Positions 1-8,919 are shown, counted from the stretch's first letter. The stretch: DNA of 64,000 nt from Alphaproteobacteria bacterium (GCA_965200535.1 CBDAUF010000002.1:1794107-1858106); one strand, 5' to 3'. The notes: a model not told the origin generated them from the sequence alone. Made by a program: numbers and translations.

Positions 1-616
1 GGTAGCCGCCGGGTTTCGGGATACGGGCTTTCTCGAGCGGGATCTCGGCATCTAGGACGTCGCGCGGGACCTCGAGGTAGGCCGGACCGCAGGCGCCGTT
101 GAAGCATTCGCGCGCGGCCATGGAGATCATGTCGGCCACTCTTTCGGTGGAGAACACGCCAGCCGAGAACTTGGTGATCGGCGCCATCATGTCGACATGG
201 GGCAGATCCTGGAGCGAGCCCATCTTGTGCTGGGTGAGCGAACTCTGCCCGCCGATATGCAGGATCGGGCTCTCGGAACGGAATGCGGTCGCAACCCCGG
301 TGACCGCGTTTGTGCAGCCCGGACCGGCAGTGGTAACGACGCAGCCGAGCTTGCCGGTCTGGCGCGCGTAGCCGTCCGCCGCATGGGCCGCGGTCTGTTC
401 GTGGCGCACATCGACAATTCGGATCCCCTCGTCGAGGCAACCGTCGTAGATGTCGATGATGTGTCCGCCGCAAAGCGTGAATATGGTGTCGACACCCTCG
501 TTCCTGAGCGCCTTGGCGACGAGATGGCCGCCGGAAATGATGTTCTCGCCGCGGCTCTTTTGAGCCAGGGTGTCGTGCGCCGTCGCCGATGCGCCGGTCT
601 GCTGGGTAACGCTCAC
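1..616 (-). CDS. Thiamine-pyrophosphate-dependent enzyme, N-terminal ~205 aa (acetolactate-synthase/2-hydroxyacyl-CoA-lyase/oxalyl-CoA-decarboxylase-like); C-terminus lies beyond the window start
   Basis: Reverse translation of 1-616 gives VSVTQQ...GGHLVAKALRNEGVDTIFTLCGGHIIDIYDGC...GYARQTGKLGCVVTTAGPGCTNAVTGVATAFRSESPILHIGGQ, a typical TPP-enzyme N-terminal pyrimidine-binding domain. GTG start at 616 preceded by a GAGAGG RBS. Not in the ORF track as a single ORF because it is truncated. Confidence 0.6.
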   Translation of the reverse strand, partial: MSVTQQTGASATAHDTLAQKSRGENIISGGHLVAKALRNEGVDTIFTLCGGHIIDIYDGCLDEGIRIVDVRHEQTAAHAADGYARQTGKLGCVVTTAGPGCTNAVTGVATAFRSESPILHIGGQSSLTQHKMGSLQDLPHVDMMAPITKFSAGVFSTERVADMISMAARECFNGACGPAYLEVPRDVLDAEIPLEKARIPKPGGY

Positions 617-775
617 TTCGATCACCTCTCTGTCTTTCGGGTTGCGGCGCACGCGCCGCCGGCCGCCCGAGATGCGCCTCCCGGCTCAGACGGACCCGGT
701 CGGGCAACCGCCCGTCGCGACCTTATATCCATATACAGCAGGGCTCCGGCAAGGCGCATGACCGGACAAGCCCCG

Positions 776-2308
776 CTATTTCAGCCGCTCTTCCAGAATA
801 TGGCGCTGGATCTTGCCCGACGTGCTTCGCGGCAGATCATCCATCTCGAGGAAATGGACCTCCTTGGGCAGTTTGAAATTGGCGATCCGCCCCCGGCACA
901 TGGCGATCACGTCGGCGGCGGTCAGCACCGCATCCTTGCGCACGGCGAATACCACCGGCACCTCGCCCCAGCGCGCGTCCGATTTCCGCACCACAGCGGC
1001 ATCGGCGATGCGCGGATCGACCAAGATGTGGCGTTCGATCTCGGCCGGATAGATGTTCTCTCCGCCGGACTTGATCATGTATTTCACCCTGTCGATGAAA
1101 TCGAGCGTGCCATCAGGGTTGCGGCGGAACACGTCGCCCATGTGGAACCAGCCGTTGCGGAAAGCCTCGCGGTTGGCGTCGTCGTTTCTCCAGTACCCGG
1201 AAAAGAGGCTGGGGCCGCGGATGGCAAGTTCGCCCAGCTCTCCGTCAGCCACATCGTTGTCGTGCTCGTCGACCAGGCGGATTTCGCAAAACCCGTTCTG
1301 GGCCTTGGACAGGGTTTCCGGCGCCTCGCCGACGGGGACGAAATTGGCCGTGGCCGGCGGGATCCCGGTCTCCGTCGCACCGAACGTGTTGAGATAGGGA
1401 GCGCGGAGAAGCGTCGTTATCTCCTTCAACTGCTGTCGCGGCACCAGGTCCGCCATCGCTCCCACCATGCCGACGGGCCTGAAATTCCGGCTCGATGCCT
1501 CGAGATGGCCGACGAAGTCCTCGACCATTCCGGGCACAGCGGCGAGATAATGAACCGGATGGCTCTCGATGACCCGGATGAGCTCCTGCGGCCGATAGCC
1601 GTCCATCACGACGACCTGGCCGCCGCGAAGCAGGGTCCCGAGGGCGAAGTCGTTGGCGCCCATGTGAAACAACGGCGTCCACGCGACAAAGGTGTCGTCC
1701 GCGGGGACGCCCAGCTCCGCGCCGTAGATCAACGTGCGGGCAACCATCGCGCGATGACTGATCAAGGCGCCCTTCGGATGCCCGGTGGTGCCGCTGGTGA
1801 AAATGATCGCGAGCCCGTCCTCGGGATCGACGCGGCACCCGGGATCGCGCTCCGACGCCCCCGTCATCGCGGTTTCGACATCGGCTCCGAGGACAAGATC
1901 GGCCGGGTGCCCCGCCGCCTCCAGAACCGGCTGATACGCCGTCGACGCGACCGCCAGCGACGGTTCGACGAGCTTGAGACAGTGCGCGGTCTCGTCTTCG
2001 GAGAACCGCCAATTGAATCCGACCGCGATGGCGCCGATCTTCGCTGCAGCGAGCTCGACCTCGATGTAACCGATGGTGTTGCGCGCCATTAGCGCCACCC
2101 GATCGCCGCGCCCGACCCCGCGGCCCAGCATGACATGAGCCAGGCGGTTCACCCGGCGGTCCAGCTCGCCATAGGAGAGCTCGCGCTCTTCCTCGATCAG
2201 CGCAGTTCTCGTGTTCCTGAGCGCCGCGGTCGCCGCGAACAGCCGGCCGACGGTGGCCGTCGCCGCAGCAGCGACTTCCGGCGGCGGGACCCAGGGCGCG
2301 GCGCTCAT
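776..2308 (-). CDS. AMP-dependent acyl-CoA synthetase/ligase
   Basis: ORF 776..2887 carries the FTSGTTGHPKGA AMP-binding motif, a GYWRN...region and SGKIQR at the C-terminus. The most plausible start is MSAAPW at 2308, which overlaps the upstream cyclase stop (ATGA). Confidence 0.8.
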   Translation of the reverse strand: MSAAPWVPPPEVAAAATATVGRLFAATAALRNTRTALIEEERELSYGELDRRVNRLAHVMLGRGVGRGDRVALMARNTIGYIEVELAAAKIGAIAVGFNWRFSEDETAHCLKLVEPSLAVASTAYQPVLEAAGHPADLVLGADVETAMTGASERDPGCRVDPEDGLAIIFTSGTTGHPKGALISHRAMVARTLIYGAELGVPADDTFVAWTPLFHMGANDFALGTLLRGGQVVVMDGYRPQELIRVIESHPVHYLAAVPGMVEDFVGHLEASSRNFRPVGMVGAMADLVPRQQLKEITTLLRAPYLNTFGATETGIPPATANFVPVGEAPETLSKAQNGFCEIRLVDEHDNDVADGELGELAIRGPSLFSGYWRNDDANREAFRNGWFHMGDVFRRNPDGTLDFIDRVKYMIKSGGENIYPAEIERHILVDPRIADAAVVRKSDARWGEVPVVFAVRKDAVLTAADVIAMCRGRIANFKLPKEVHFLEMDDLPRSTSGKIQRHILEERLK

Positions 2309-3099
2309 GCCTCGACCAGCGCCAGCGCACGGACAGGGCTGCCCGAACCCTGCCGGATCTTGAGCGGAGCAGCGATCACCACCGCGCCTGTCGGCGGCAG
2401 CTTGTCGAGGTTGGTGAGGGCCGGAAGACCGAAACGTCCGTTGCCATGCATCAGGTGGTGGCACGGGTAGGGGATCGGAAAATGCTGCGCCTGCCCGGCG
2501 TCGGTGCCGACGGCCTCGCAGCCGAAACCGACCACGTCGCGTTCCTCGATCAACCACGAAACCAGATTGGCGTGCGGCCCCGGTGTATGCGAACCCTCCT
2601 TGTCCATGTTGAGATACTGTACGGGGTCTTGCCGCAGCGACCAGTCGGTTCGCATCAGGAGCCACGAGCGCGGCGGGACGATGCCGTGGCTGGCCTCCCA
2701 TGCCTCCACGTGTTCCACGGTCAGCAGGTAGTCGGGATCGGCGGCGGCCTCGGCGGAACAGTCGACAACGCAGGCGTGGGCCAGGAACAGCGACGGCGGG
2801 ATGGTGTCGGTCGCGTTGTCCGGCAGGTCCTTGCCCGAGATCCAGTGGATCGGCGCGTCGAAGTGGGTGCCGGTGTGTTCGCCGCACGAGAAGTTGTTCC
2901 AGTAGATCGCCGGGCCGCGATGGTCGTAGCGCGAGATTTCCTCCATGCGGAACGGCCAGGACTGGCCGAGTTCGGGCGGAAGGACGATGGTGGGCACCTT
3001 TCTGTCCAGGGTCATCGTGAGATCGATCACGCGGATGCCGCCGCCCGCGAGGCCGGCGAGCAAACCCGATAGAAGGCCGGTTTCGCTACCTGTCGTCAT
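2305..3099 (-). CDS. Cyclase-family protein (kynurenine-formamidase-like metal-dependent hydrolase)
   Basis: ORF 2305..3192 has HTGTHFDAPIHW and EH...D motifs typical of the putative-cyclase (Pfam cyclase) family. Start trimmed to MTTGSETG. Confidence 0.6.
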   Translation of the reverse strand: MTTGSETGLLSGLLAGLAGGGIRVIDLTMTLDRKVPTIVLPPELGQSWPFRMEEISRYDHRGPAIYWNNFSCGEHTGTHFDAPIHWISGKDLPDNATDTIPPSLFLAHACVVDCSAEAAADPDYLLTVEHVEAWEASHGIVPPRSWLLMRTDWSLRQDPVQYLNMDKEGSHTPGPHANLVSWLIEERDVVGFGCEAVGTDAGQAQHFPIPYPCHHLMHGNGRFGLPALTNLDKLPPTGAVVIAAPLKIRQGSGSPVRALALVEA

Positions 3100-3118
3100 G
3101 ATCCCGTCCGCCTCTCGG

Positions 3119-4360
3119 TCAAAGCCGGATTGCCCGCTCGATTTCCTTCGGGTTCTCCGCCCGACGCGCGAAGATCTCCTCTGCCACCGCACCGACCGGG
3201 AGATCCTCCACGCCGGCCCTCAGTCCGGCGACGATTCGCCGTGCAACGGTTGCCGGATCGAGCTTGGGCGGCGGCGCAAGCTGGTGCCATTCGTCCTCGA
3301 CAGGGCCGACAAAGGCGTTGACCACCCGCACCCCGCCTTCGGCCAATTCGGCTCGCAGGCATTGAGACAGCGAGAGCGCCGCGGCCTGGGAAGCCGAATA
3401 GGTGCCGAGGCGCGGGTTGTTGACCCAGGCGTAGGCGGACAGCACGTTCACCCACGCGGCGGCGCCGTGCGCACCGTCGGCGCCGCGGCCCCGCATCGCC
3501 GGCCCGAACAGCCCGGCAAGCCGCAGAAGCCCGTGATAATGGATTTCCATCTCGTCATGGGCGGTGTTGATGTCGAAACGATCGAGTACGCCGCCCATTC
3601 GCAGGTGATATGAGTTGTTGACTAGGATCTCGACCTTGTCCCCGATCGTGGCCGCCAGCTCCTCGACCGACTCGGTGTCCGTCACGTCGAGCGGATAGAG
3701 GGTCGCCCGCTCGACCGCGCGCGCCGCGTCGAGGTGGACGGTGTCCCGCCAGGGCTGAGCGTAGCCCACATGGATGGCGCGGGCGCCCGCCTCGGAGAAG
3801 GCGCGGACCAGAGCAAGCCCGAGTTCGGTCTTGCCGTCGACGACGAGAACCCGGCGGTCCTTCGGGTCGAACGCCATCTCGCGCAATTGCCGGTCGTCCT
3901 CCGGGTTGGATGTCGGTCGTTCGGGCCGCGCGGCGACCGCCGCGTTGCCGGCCCGGTCGATGCCGAGCGACAGGCGCACGCGTTCGCCGGGCGTGCAATC
4001 CTCGGCCAGGTGGGCGACGATCGACGGCCCGGCGTCGGCCGCGACAACGCCGAGACGCCACGGCAGGCGGTCGCGAAAGAACAGGTCATTGGAGTGGGCC
4101 AGCGTCGTCTCGGCGATCAGGCGGCCGCCGTCCGGGACGTCGCGCCATTCGAGCCGGTCCGCCAAACAGCGGCCGCAGATCTGCCGGGGCGGATACTGCA
4201 CCGTACCGCACCTCTCGCAGGTCTGGAGCGCAAACCGGCCGGCGGCAGCCATGGCCGTCAGCCCGTGCGCCTCGCGCGAGCGGTTGCCGGGCGGCCGGGT
4301 CGGCAAGCGGGTGCGCCGGGTCGGATCCTTCTTGCCGGGCGGGGCCAGTGACGAGGTCAT
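3119..4360 (-). CDS. Fusion protein: N-terminal DUF35 Zn-ribbon/OB-fold (ChsH2/BbsA-like) plus C-terminal short-chain dehydrogenase/reductase with atypical YxxxQ
   Basis: N-terminus CERCGTVQYPPRQICGRC plus OB-fold. C-terminus VVDGKTELGLALV (Rossmann), LVNNSY (NNAG-like), GTYSASQAAALSL (YxxxK with K replaced by Q), VRVVNAFVGPV. Start MTSS at 4360 overlaps the thiolase stop (ATGA). Confidence 0.65.
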   Translation of the reverse strand: MTSSLAPPGKKDPTRRTRLPTRPPGNRSREAHGLTAMAAAGRFALQTCERCGTVQYPPRQICGRCLADRLEWRDVPDGGRLIAETTLAHSNDLFFRDRLPWRLGVVAADAGPSIVAHLAEDCTPGERVRLSLGIDRAGNAAVAARPERPTSNPEDDRQLREMAFDPKDRRVLVVDGKTELGLALVRAFSEAGARAIHVGYAQPWRDTVHLDAARAVERATLYPLDVTDTESVEELAATIGDKVEILVNNSYHLRMGGVLDRFDINTAHDEMEIHYHGLLRLAGLFGPAMRGRGADGAHGAAAWVNVLSAYAWVNNPRLGTYSASQAAALSLSQCLRAELAEGGVRVVNAFVGPVEDEWHQLAPPPKLDPATVARRIVAGLRAGVEDLPVGAVAEEIFARRAENPKEIERAIRL

Positions 4361-5532
4361 CGGTCGATACGTCCCAGAATCGCCGCCGAGGTGCACAGCC
4401 CGCGGTCGTAGTTGATCATCCCGAAACACGATACCAGCCCGTGGCGCGCCCGTTCGACCCGATGGCCGTGGGTTTGCCCGGTAAGCTGGCGCACGGTCTC
4501 GACGAGGCCGATGAAGCCGCCGCCTGCACCGGCCTGTCCGGCGGAGAGTTGGCCGCCGGACGTATTGAACGGAAAGTCGCCGCCCGCCCTCAAGTCGCGC
4601 TCGCGCACGAATGCAGGCGCCTCCCCCTTTGCGCAGAAACCGAGATCCTCGATCTGCATGAAACAGATCACGGGGTAATCGTCATAGGCCTGCACGAGGT
4701 CGATGTCGCCGGGTCCGACACCGGCCTGATCGTAGAGCGTGTCCACATCCATCGCCCAGCCGCCACGGTACTGGATCGTATCGTCCTGGAACGCGTTGTG
4801 CCGCTCGATCGTAGCCAAGAGGGAAACGAACGGAAGCCCAAGCGATCTCGCGCGGTCGGCAGTCATCACGAGGCAGGCCTCGGCGCCGGCGCAGGGCATG
4901 ACGCAATCGAAAAGCCGGAGAGGATCGGCGATCATCCGCGCGTTCAGATACTGCTCCATGGTGAGCGGACGCTTCATCATCGCGTGCTGCACGGGCAGCG
5001 CGTTTTCCCGCTGGGCGATACACAGGCGGCCGAAATCCTCGCGCCGGGCGCCGAACTCCCGCATGTAGTAGTCGGTAAGGAACGCGAAGCTCGCGTTCGG
5101 TCCGCCCGCGCCATAGGGGTAGACGGCGTCGTTGGCGAACTGGCTGAAGGTCGCGATGGTCTGGCGGAAGGTATCGACATGGTTGGTGTCGGCGCCGATC
5201 AGCGCAACGATTTCCGCATCCCCCGCCTGCACCGCGCGCGCCGCCCGGCGGAGGGCGACGACGCCCGACGCGCCGCCCATCGGGATGTGATCGAGCCAGC
5301 GCGGAGAAACGCCGAGATGCTGCATCAGCCCCACCGCACTGTCGGGATAAAGGGTGAAGCTGGAGACGCAAAACCCGTCGATGTCGGTCTTATCCAGCCC
5401 CCCGGCGTCGATCAGGGCCGCCAGCGCCGAACCGCAGAACCAGTGGCCGCTGCGGATCGAATAGCGCGTATAGGGGATCGTTACCGGCGCCGCGACCACG
5501 ATTCCGTCGTAGCCCTGGCGCGCGGCGGCCAT
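4357..5532 (-). CDS. Thiolase-like protein (SCP-x / non-condensing thiolase family, DUF35-partner type)
   Basis: 391 aa with thiolase N/C-domain character (GxxGVGPGDIDLVQAYDDY, NTSGGQLSAG, GLCTSAAI). Immediately upstream of, and coupled to, the DUF35 gene. Confidence 0.7.
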   Translation of the reverse strand: MAAARQGYDGIVVAAPVTIPYTRYSIRSGHWFCGSALAALIDAGGLDKTDIDGFCVSSFTLYPDSAVGLMQHLGVSPRWLDHIPMGGASGVVALRRAARAVQAGDAEIVALIGADTNHVDTFRQTIATFSQFANDAVYPYGAGGPNASFAFLTDYYMREFGARREDFGRLCIAQRENALPVQHAMMKRPLTMEQYLNARMIADPLRLFDCVMPCAGAEACLVMTADRARSLGLPFVSLLATIERHNAFQDDTIQYRGGWAMDVDTLYDQAGVGPGDIDLVQAYDDYPVICFMQIEDLGFCAKGEAPAFVRERDLRAGGDFPFNTSGGQLSAGQAGAGGGFIGLVETVRQLTGQTHGHRVERARHGLVSCFGMINYDRGLCTSAAILGRIDR

Positions 5533-5534
5533 GT

Positions 5535-6317
5535 TCAGAGGCCTTTGGGGTGGGCCATGAATTCCTCGATCACCTCGGGCGGCGGTTTCTCGAAATCGTT
5601 GGTGCGGCTGACCGAAAGCCCGGTCATCCGTTTCAGTTTGACCGCCATCTCGGTCATCTTGACCAGGATCGGGATACCGTTGACGACCGGCGCGCCTTCG
5701 ACCGTATGGTTGAAGATCCTCGAGAACAGGAGCATGGCTATACCGCCGCCGGGGATCAGCATATCGACGCCGCCTCCGATCAGGGGCTTGCCCTGATCGT
5801 CGAAACTTTCCACCACCTCATCGAACCGGTCGGCGTCATCGAAAGCCGCGAGGATCGATCCGGGCTCGAAATGCATCGCGTGCACACCGGTCACCCGCTC
5901 GCGCAGGCCGTACTTGCCGATCTGGTGATGAAACCAGGAGATGTAGCGCGGGTTGATGGTGACGATGCCGATCTTCTGACCGAGCTGGCAGGCATAGAGC
6001 ATCGAGGCCTCGCCGAGCGACAGGACCGGGATATCGACCACCGCGCGCGCCTCGTACAGCCCCGGATCCTGGAAATGGCCGACCGCAAAGGCGTCGTACC
6101 CTTCGCGTTCCGCGACAACCGCATTGCAGATCATTTCGCGCGCGCAGCGGAACTCGGACAGCGCATGGGCGAAGGAGTCGGGCGGGGTAATTCCCTTGAT
6201 GTCGACCGTCGTCCCCTCATCGACGATGGAATCGAGATACGTTTTCAGATTCTTCCAGTAACTCCCCGCCTGCACCGTGTCGGTGAAACTTTGATAGGCG
6301 ATCCTGATCGGTTCCAT
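5535..6317 (-). CDS. Asp/Glu/hydantoin racemase superfamily protein (HyuE/arylmalonate-decarboxylase/maleate-isomerase-like); catalytic Cys positions not conserved
   Basis: GHFQDPGLYEARAVVDIPVLSLGEASM and GGGVDMLIPGGGIAM resemble hydantoin racemase GDPGLY...GIAEA and the second catalytic loop. Start MEPIRIAYQ at 6317. Confidence 0.45.
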   Translation of the reverse strand: MEPIRIAYQSFTDTVQAGSYWKNLKTYLDSIVDEGTTVDIKGITPPDSFAHALSEFRCAREMICNAVVAEREGYDAFAVGHFQDPGLYEARAVVDIPVLSLGEASMLYACQLGQKIGIVTINPRYISWFHHQIGKYGLRERVTGVHAMHFEPGSILAAFDDADRFDEVVESFDDQGKPLIGGGVDMLIPGGGIAMLLFSRIFNHTVEGAPVVNGIPILVKMTEMAVKLKRMTGLSVSRTNDFEKPPPEVIEEFMAHPKGL

Positions 6318-6473
6318 CGTATGCGCTCCGTCTTGTCCGTCATGCGACCTTATCGGATATCCGTCGGCCGCGAACAGGGCCGACGCGCCGCGGATGCCCC
6401 GGCCGGTGCACAAGGCCCTCTACCCGCCGAGTCCCGCCTTGCGAAGATTGGGCAGCCGTGTAAGGATTTATTC

Positions 6474-6489
6474 GTTCTGCAAGCAGAAC
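6474..6489. promoter_or_regulatory. Perfect palindrome GTTCTGC-aa-GCAGAAC in a divergent intergenic region (candidate operator). Followed by a CGTTCTG direct repeat and palindrome TGGAAATTCCA (6501-6511)
   Basis: Read directly from sequence. Located in the relatively AT-rich 230-bp gap between the minus-strand catabolic operon and aapJ. Confidence 0.3.
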
Positions 6490-6546
6490 ACCGTTCTGAA
6501 TGGAAATTCCACACTGAATGTTTAACGAGCACTGGAGACCTCCAAG

Positions 6547-7572
6547 ATGAAACCTCAAAGGCTCATATCTGCCGGCGTAGCGGTTGCGGTCGCTCTGACG
6601 GCCGGCGCTGCCTTCGCCGCGAGCCCGACGCTGGACGCGATCAAGAAACGCGGCCAGTTGGTCTGCGGCGTGAATACCGGACTGGCCGGGTTCGCATCAC
6701 CGGATGACAAGGGCGTGTGGACCGGCTTCGACGTCGATTTTTGCCGCGCCGTCAGTGCCGCCGTCTTCAGCAACCCCGACAAGGTGACGTACAAGCCGCT
6801 CACCGGCAAGACGCGGTTCCCGGCCCTGCAATCGGGCGAGATCGACCTTCTGTCGCGCAACACGACCTGGACGTTCAAGCGCGACGTCAACCTTGGCTTC
6901 GAATTCATCGGCGTCACCTATTACGACGGCCAGGGATTCATCGCGCGCAAGGATCTCGGCATCAAGAGCGCCAAGGAACTGGACGGCGCGTCGGTGTGCA
7001 TCCAGACGGGCACGACGACCGAACTCAACCTCGCCGACTTCTTCCGCGCCAACAACATGAAGTTCAAGTCGGTGGTCGTCGAGGACGCGGCCGAAGCGCG
7101 CCAGAACTACGCCGCCAACCGCTGCGATGTCTACACAACGGACCGTTCCGGCCTCGCCGCGCAGCGTTCGGTTCTCAAGGACCCCGACGCGCACGTCATT
7201 CTCCCCGAGATCATCTCCAAAGAGCCTCTCAGCCCGGTCGTTCGCCACGGCGACAACGTGTGGGGCGACATCACGCGCTGGGTGCGCAACGCGCTGGTGG
7301 TCGCCGAGGAGCTCGGTGTCACCTCGGCCAATGTCGACAGCATGAAGAACTCCAACAATCCGGAGATCAAGCGGCTGCTCGGCACGGACGGAGATTTCGG
7401 CAGCGCGCTCGGCCTCTCCAAGAGCTGGGCCTACGACGTGGTCAAGGCGGTCGGCAACTACGGCGAGATCTACGAACGCCATATCGGCCCGAAGACCGCC
7501 ATCGGCCTTGACCGGGGCGTCAACCAGCTCTGGACCAAGGGCGGCATTCTCTACGCACCGCCGTTCCGTTGA
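6547..7572 (+). CDS. aapJ: General L-amino-acid ABC transporter substrate-binding protein
   Basis: Signal peptide MKPQRLISAGVAVAVALTAGAAFA, family-3 SBP motifs, followed by two permeases and an ATPase in the aapJQMP order. Confidence 0.85.
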   Translation: MKPQRLISAGVAVAVALTAGAAFAASPTLDAIKKRGQLVCGVNTGLAGFASPDDKGVWTGFDVDFCRAVSAAVFSNPDKVTYKPLTGKTRFPALQSGEIDLLSRNTTWTFKRDVNLGFEFIGVTYYDGQGFIARKDLGIKSAKELDGASVCIQTGTTTELNLADFFRANNMKFKSVVVEDAAEARQNYAANRCDVYTTDRSGLAAQRSVLKDPDAHVILPEIISKEPLSPVVRHGDNVWGDITRWVRNALVVAEELGVTSANVDSMKNSNNPEIKRLLGTDGDFGSALGLSKSWAYDVVKAVGNYGEIYERHIGPKTAIGLDRGVNQLWTKGGILYAPPFR

Positions 7573-7606
7573 GAACCGGGGTGGACACGCCTGTCCGATG
7601 AAACCG

Positions 7607-7641
7607 CCCCCGGCCCGGGCAAGGACGCGTCCGGGCCGGGG
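7607..7641 (+). terminator. Perfect 11-bp GC stem-loop (CCCCGGCCCGG-N12-CCGGGCCGGGG) between aapJ and aapQ; likely attenuating/mRNA-stabilising hairpin
   Basis: Seen in sequence. Typical position after an SBP gene; no U-tract. Confidence 0.45.
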
Positions 7642-7712
7642 CTCACCCGGGATGAGAGACGGCCGCTCCGCTTCGCCTGTAACGTCATGCCGCGGTATCC
7701 GACGGCGGTGAC

Positions 7713-8915
7713 ATGGCGGTAGGCGTGCACGAATCCGGCGCCCCGCCGCAATCGACGCTGCGGTGGTGGTACGACCCCAAGATCAGGGCGATCATCTACC
7801 AGGTTGCCTTCGTGCTGGGGCTGGTTCTGTTCATTGCCTTGATCGCCCGCAACGCGGCGGTCAACCTCGAGGCACGGGACATCCAGGCCGGCTTCGGTTT
7901 CCTCGATGACCCGGCCGGCTTCGAGATCCCGCTAACCCTGATCCCCTATTCGGTGGACCAGGGATCCACCCACGGCAGGGTCTTTGTCGTCGGCCTCCTG
8001 AACACGCTGCTCATCTCGCTCATGGGCATCGTGCTGGCCACGCTTCTCGGCTTCGTCGTCGGCGTTCTCCGGCTGTCGAACAACTGGCTGATCTCGCGCC
8101 TCGCCGGCATCTATATCGAGACGGTGCGCAACGTCCCGCTGTTGCTGCAATTCCTGTTCTGGCATTTCGCCGTCTTTCAATCCCTGCCTCTGGTCCGCCA
8201 GGCGATCTCGATCCTCGATATCGTCTTCATCCATAACCGCGGCATCACCGCCCCGAAGCCGGTGCCCGAAGCCGGTTTTTCCTTCGTCCTGATCGCGCTT
8301 GCGGTGGCGGTCGCCGGGGTCTTCTGGTTGCGCAAATGGGCGCAGCGGCGCCAGGACGAAACGGGCGAGCAGTTTCCGACCATGTGGGCGTCGGTCGGGC
8401 TGCTGGTCGGGATTCCGCTGGTGGTTTCCGCTGTGCTGGGTTTCCCGATGACCTGGGAATTCGCCGAACTGGGCAGGTTCCGCTTCGTCGGCGGGCTGGA
8501 AATCCAGATCGAGTTATTCTCCGCCCTGATGGCGTTGACCGTATACACGTCCTCCTTTATCGCCGAGATCGTGCGCGCCGGCATCCTTGCGATCTCGCGC
8601 GGCCAGACGGAGGCGGCCCATTCGCTCGGCCTCAGACCGCAGCCGACGCTTCGCCTGGTCATCGTCCCGCAAGCGCTCCGCGTCATCGTTCCACCGTTGA
8701 CGAGCCAGTACCTCAACCTGACCAAGAACTCCTCCCTCGGCATCGCTATCGGCTATGCCGACCTGTTAAACGTCTTCGGCGGGATTTCGCTCAACCAGAC
8801 CGGCCAGGCGATCGAGATCATCGCCATGTGCATGCTGGTCTACCTAGTCTTCAGCCTCCTCATCTCGTTGTACATGAACTGGTACAACAAGAGGATCGCG
8901 CTGGTGGAGCGATGA
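7713..8915 (+). CDS. aapQ: Amino-acid ABC transporter permease
   Basis: 400-aa polytopic membrane protein with the EAA-like motif region (AHSLGLRPQPTLRLVIVPQAL). Confidence 0.85.
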   Translation: MAVGVHESGAPPQSTLRWWYDPKIRAIIYQVAFVLGLVLFIALIARNAAVNLEARDIQAGFGFLDDPAGFEIPLTLIPYSVDQGSTHGRVFVVGLLNTLLISLMGIVLATLLGFVVGVLRLSNNWLISRLAGIYIETVRNVPLLLQFLFWHFAVFQSLPLVRQAISILDIVFIHNRGITAPKPVPEAGFSFVLIALAVAVAGVFWLRKWAQRRQDETGEQFPTMWASVGLLVGIPLVVSAVLGFPMTWEFAELGRFRFVGGLEIQIELFSALMALTVYTSSFIAEIVRAGILAISRGQTEAAHSLGLRPQPTLRLVIVPQALRVIVPPLTSQYLNLTKNSSLGIAIGYADLLNVFGGISLNQTGQAIEIIAMCMLVYLVFSLLISLYMNWYNKRIALVER

Positions 8916-8919
8916 CGGG

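Noticed and set aside
197-2092. Long plus-strand ORF (631 aa), and similar giants at 3910-5796, 16983-18560, 21482-22903, 21966-23957, 25902-28010, 32942-34906, 35167-37209 and 47017-49743
   Set aside because: These are antisense or out-of-frame shadow ORFs, as expected in ~67% GC DNA where stop codons are rare. Their translations are Arg/Gly/Pro/His-rich low-complexity with no domain signatures. Each is fully overlapped by a well-supported gene in another frame or strand.
776-2887. The 703-aa form of the acyl-CoA ligase ORF. Similar N-terminally extended forms occur at 2305-3192 (cyclase), 38229-40346 (CoA-transferase), 55207-57069 (DppD) and 60689-62422 (LivM)
   Set aside because: The extensions are Arg-rich read-through of the upstream gene's sequence in another frame. 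Conserved domain starts, RBSs and ATGA/GTGA coupling place the real starts internally. These are not fusion proteins.
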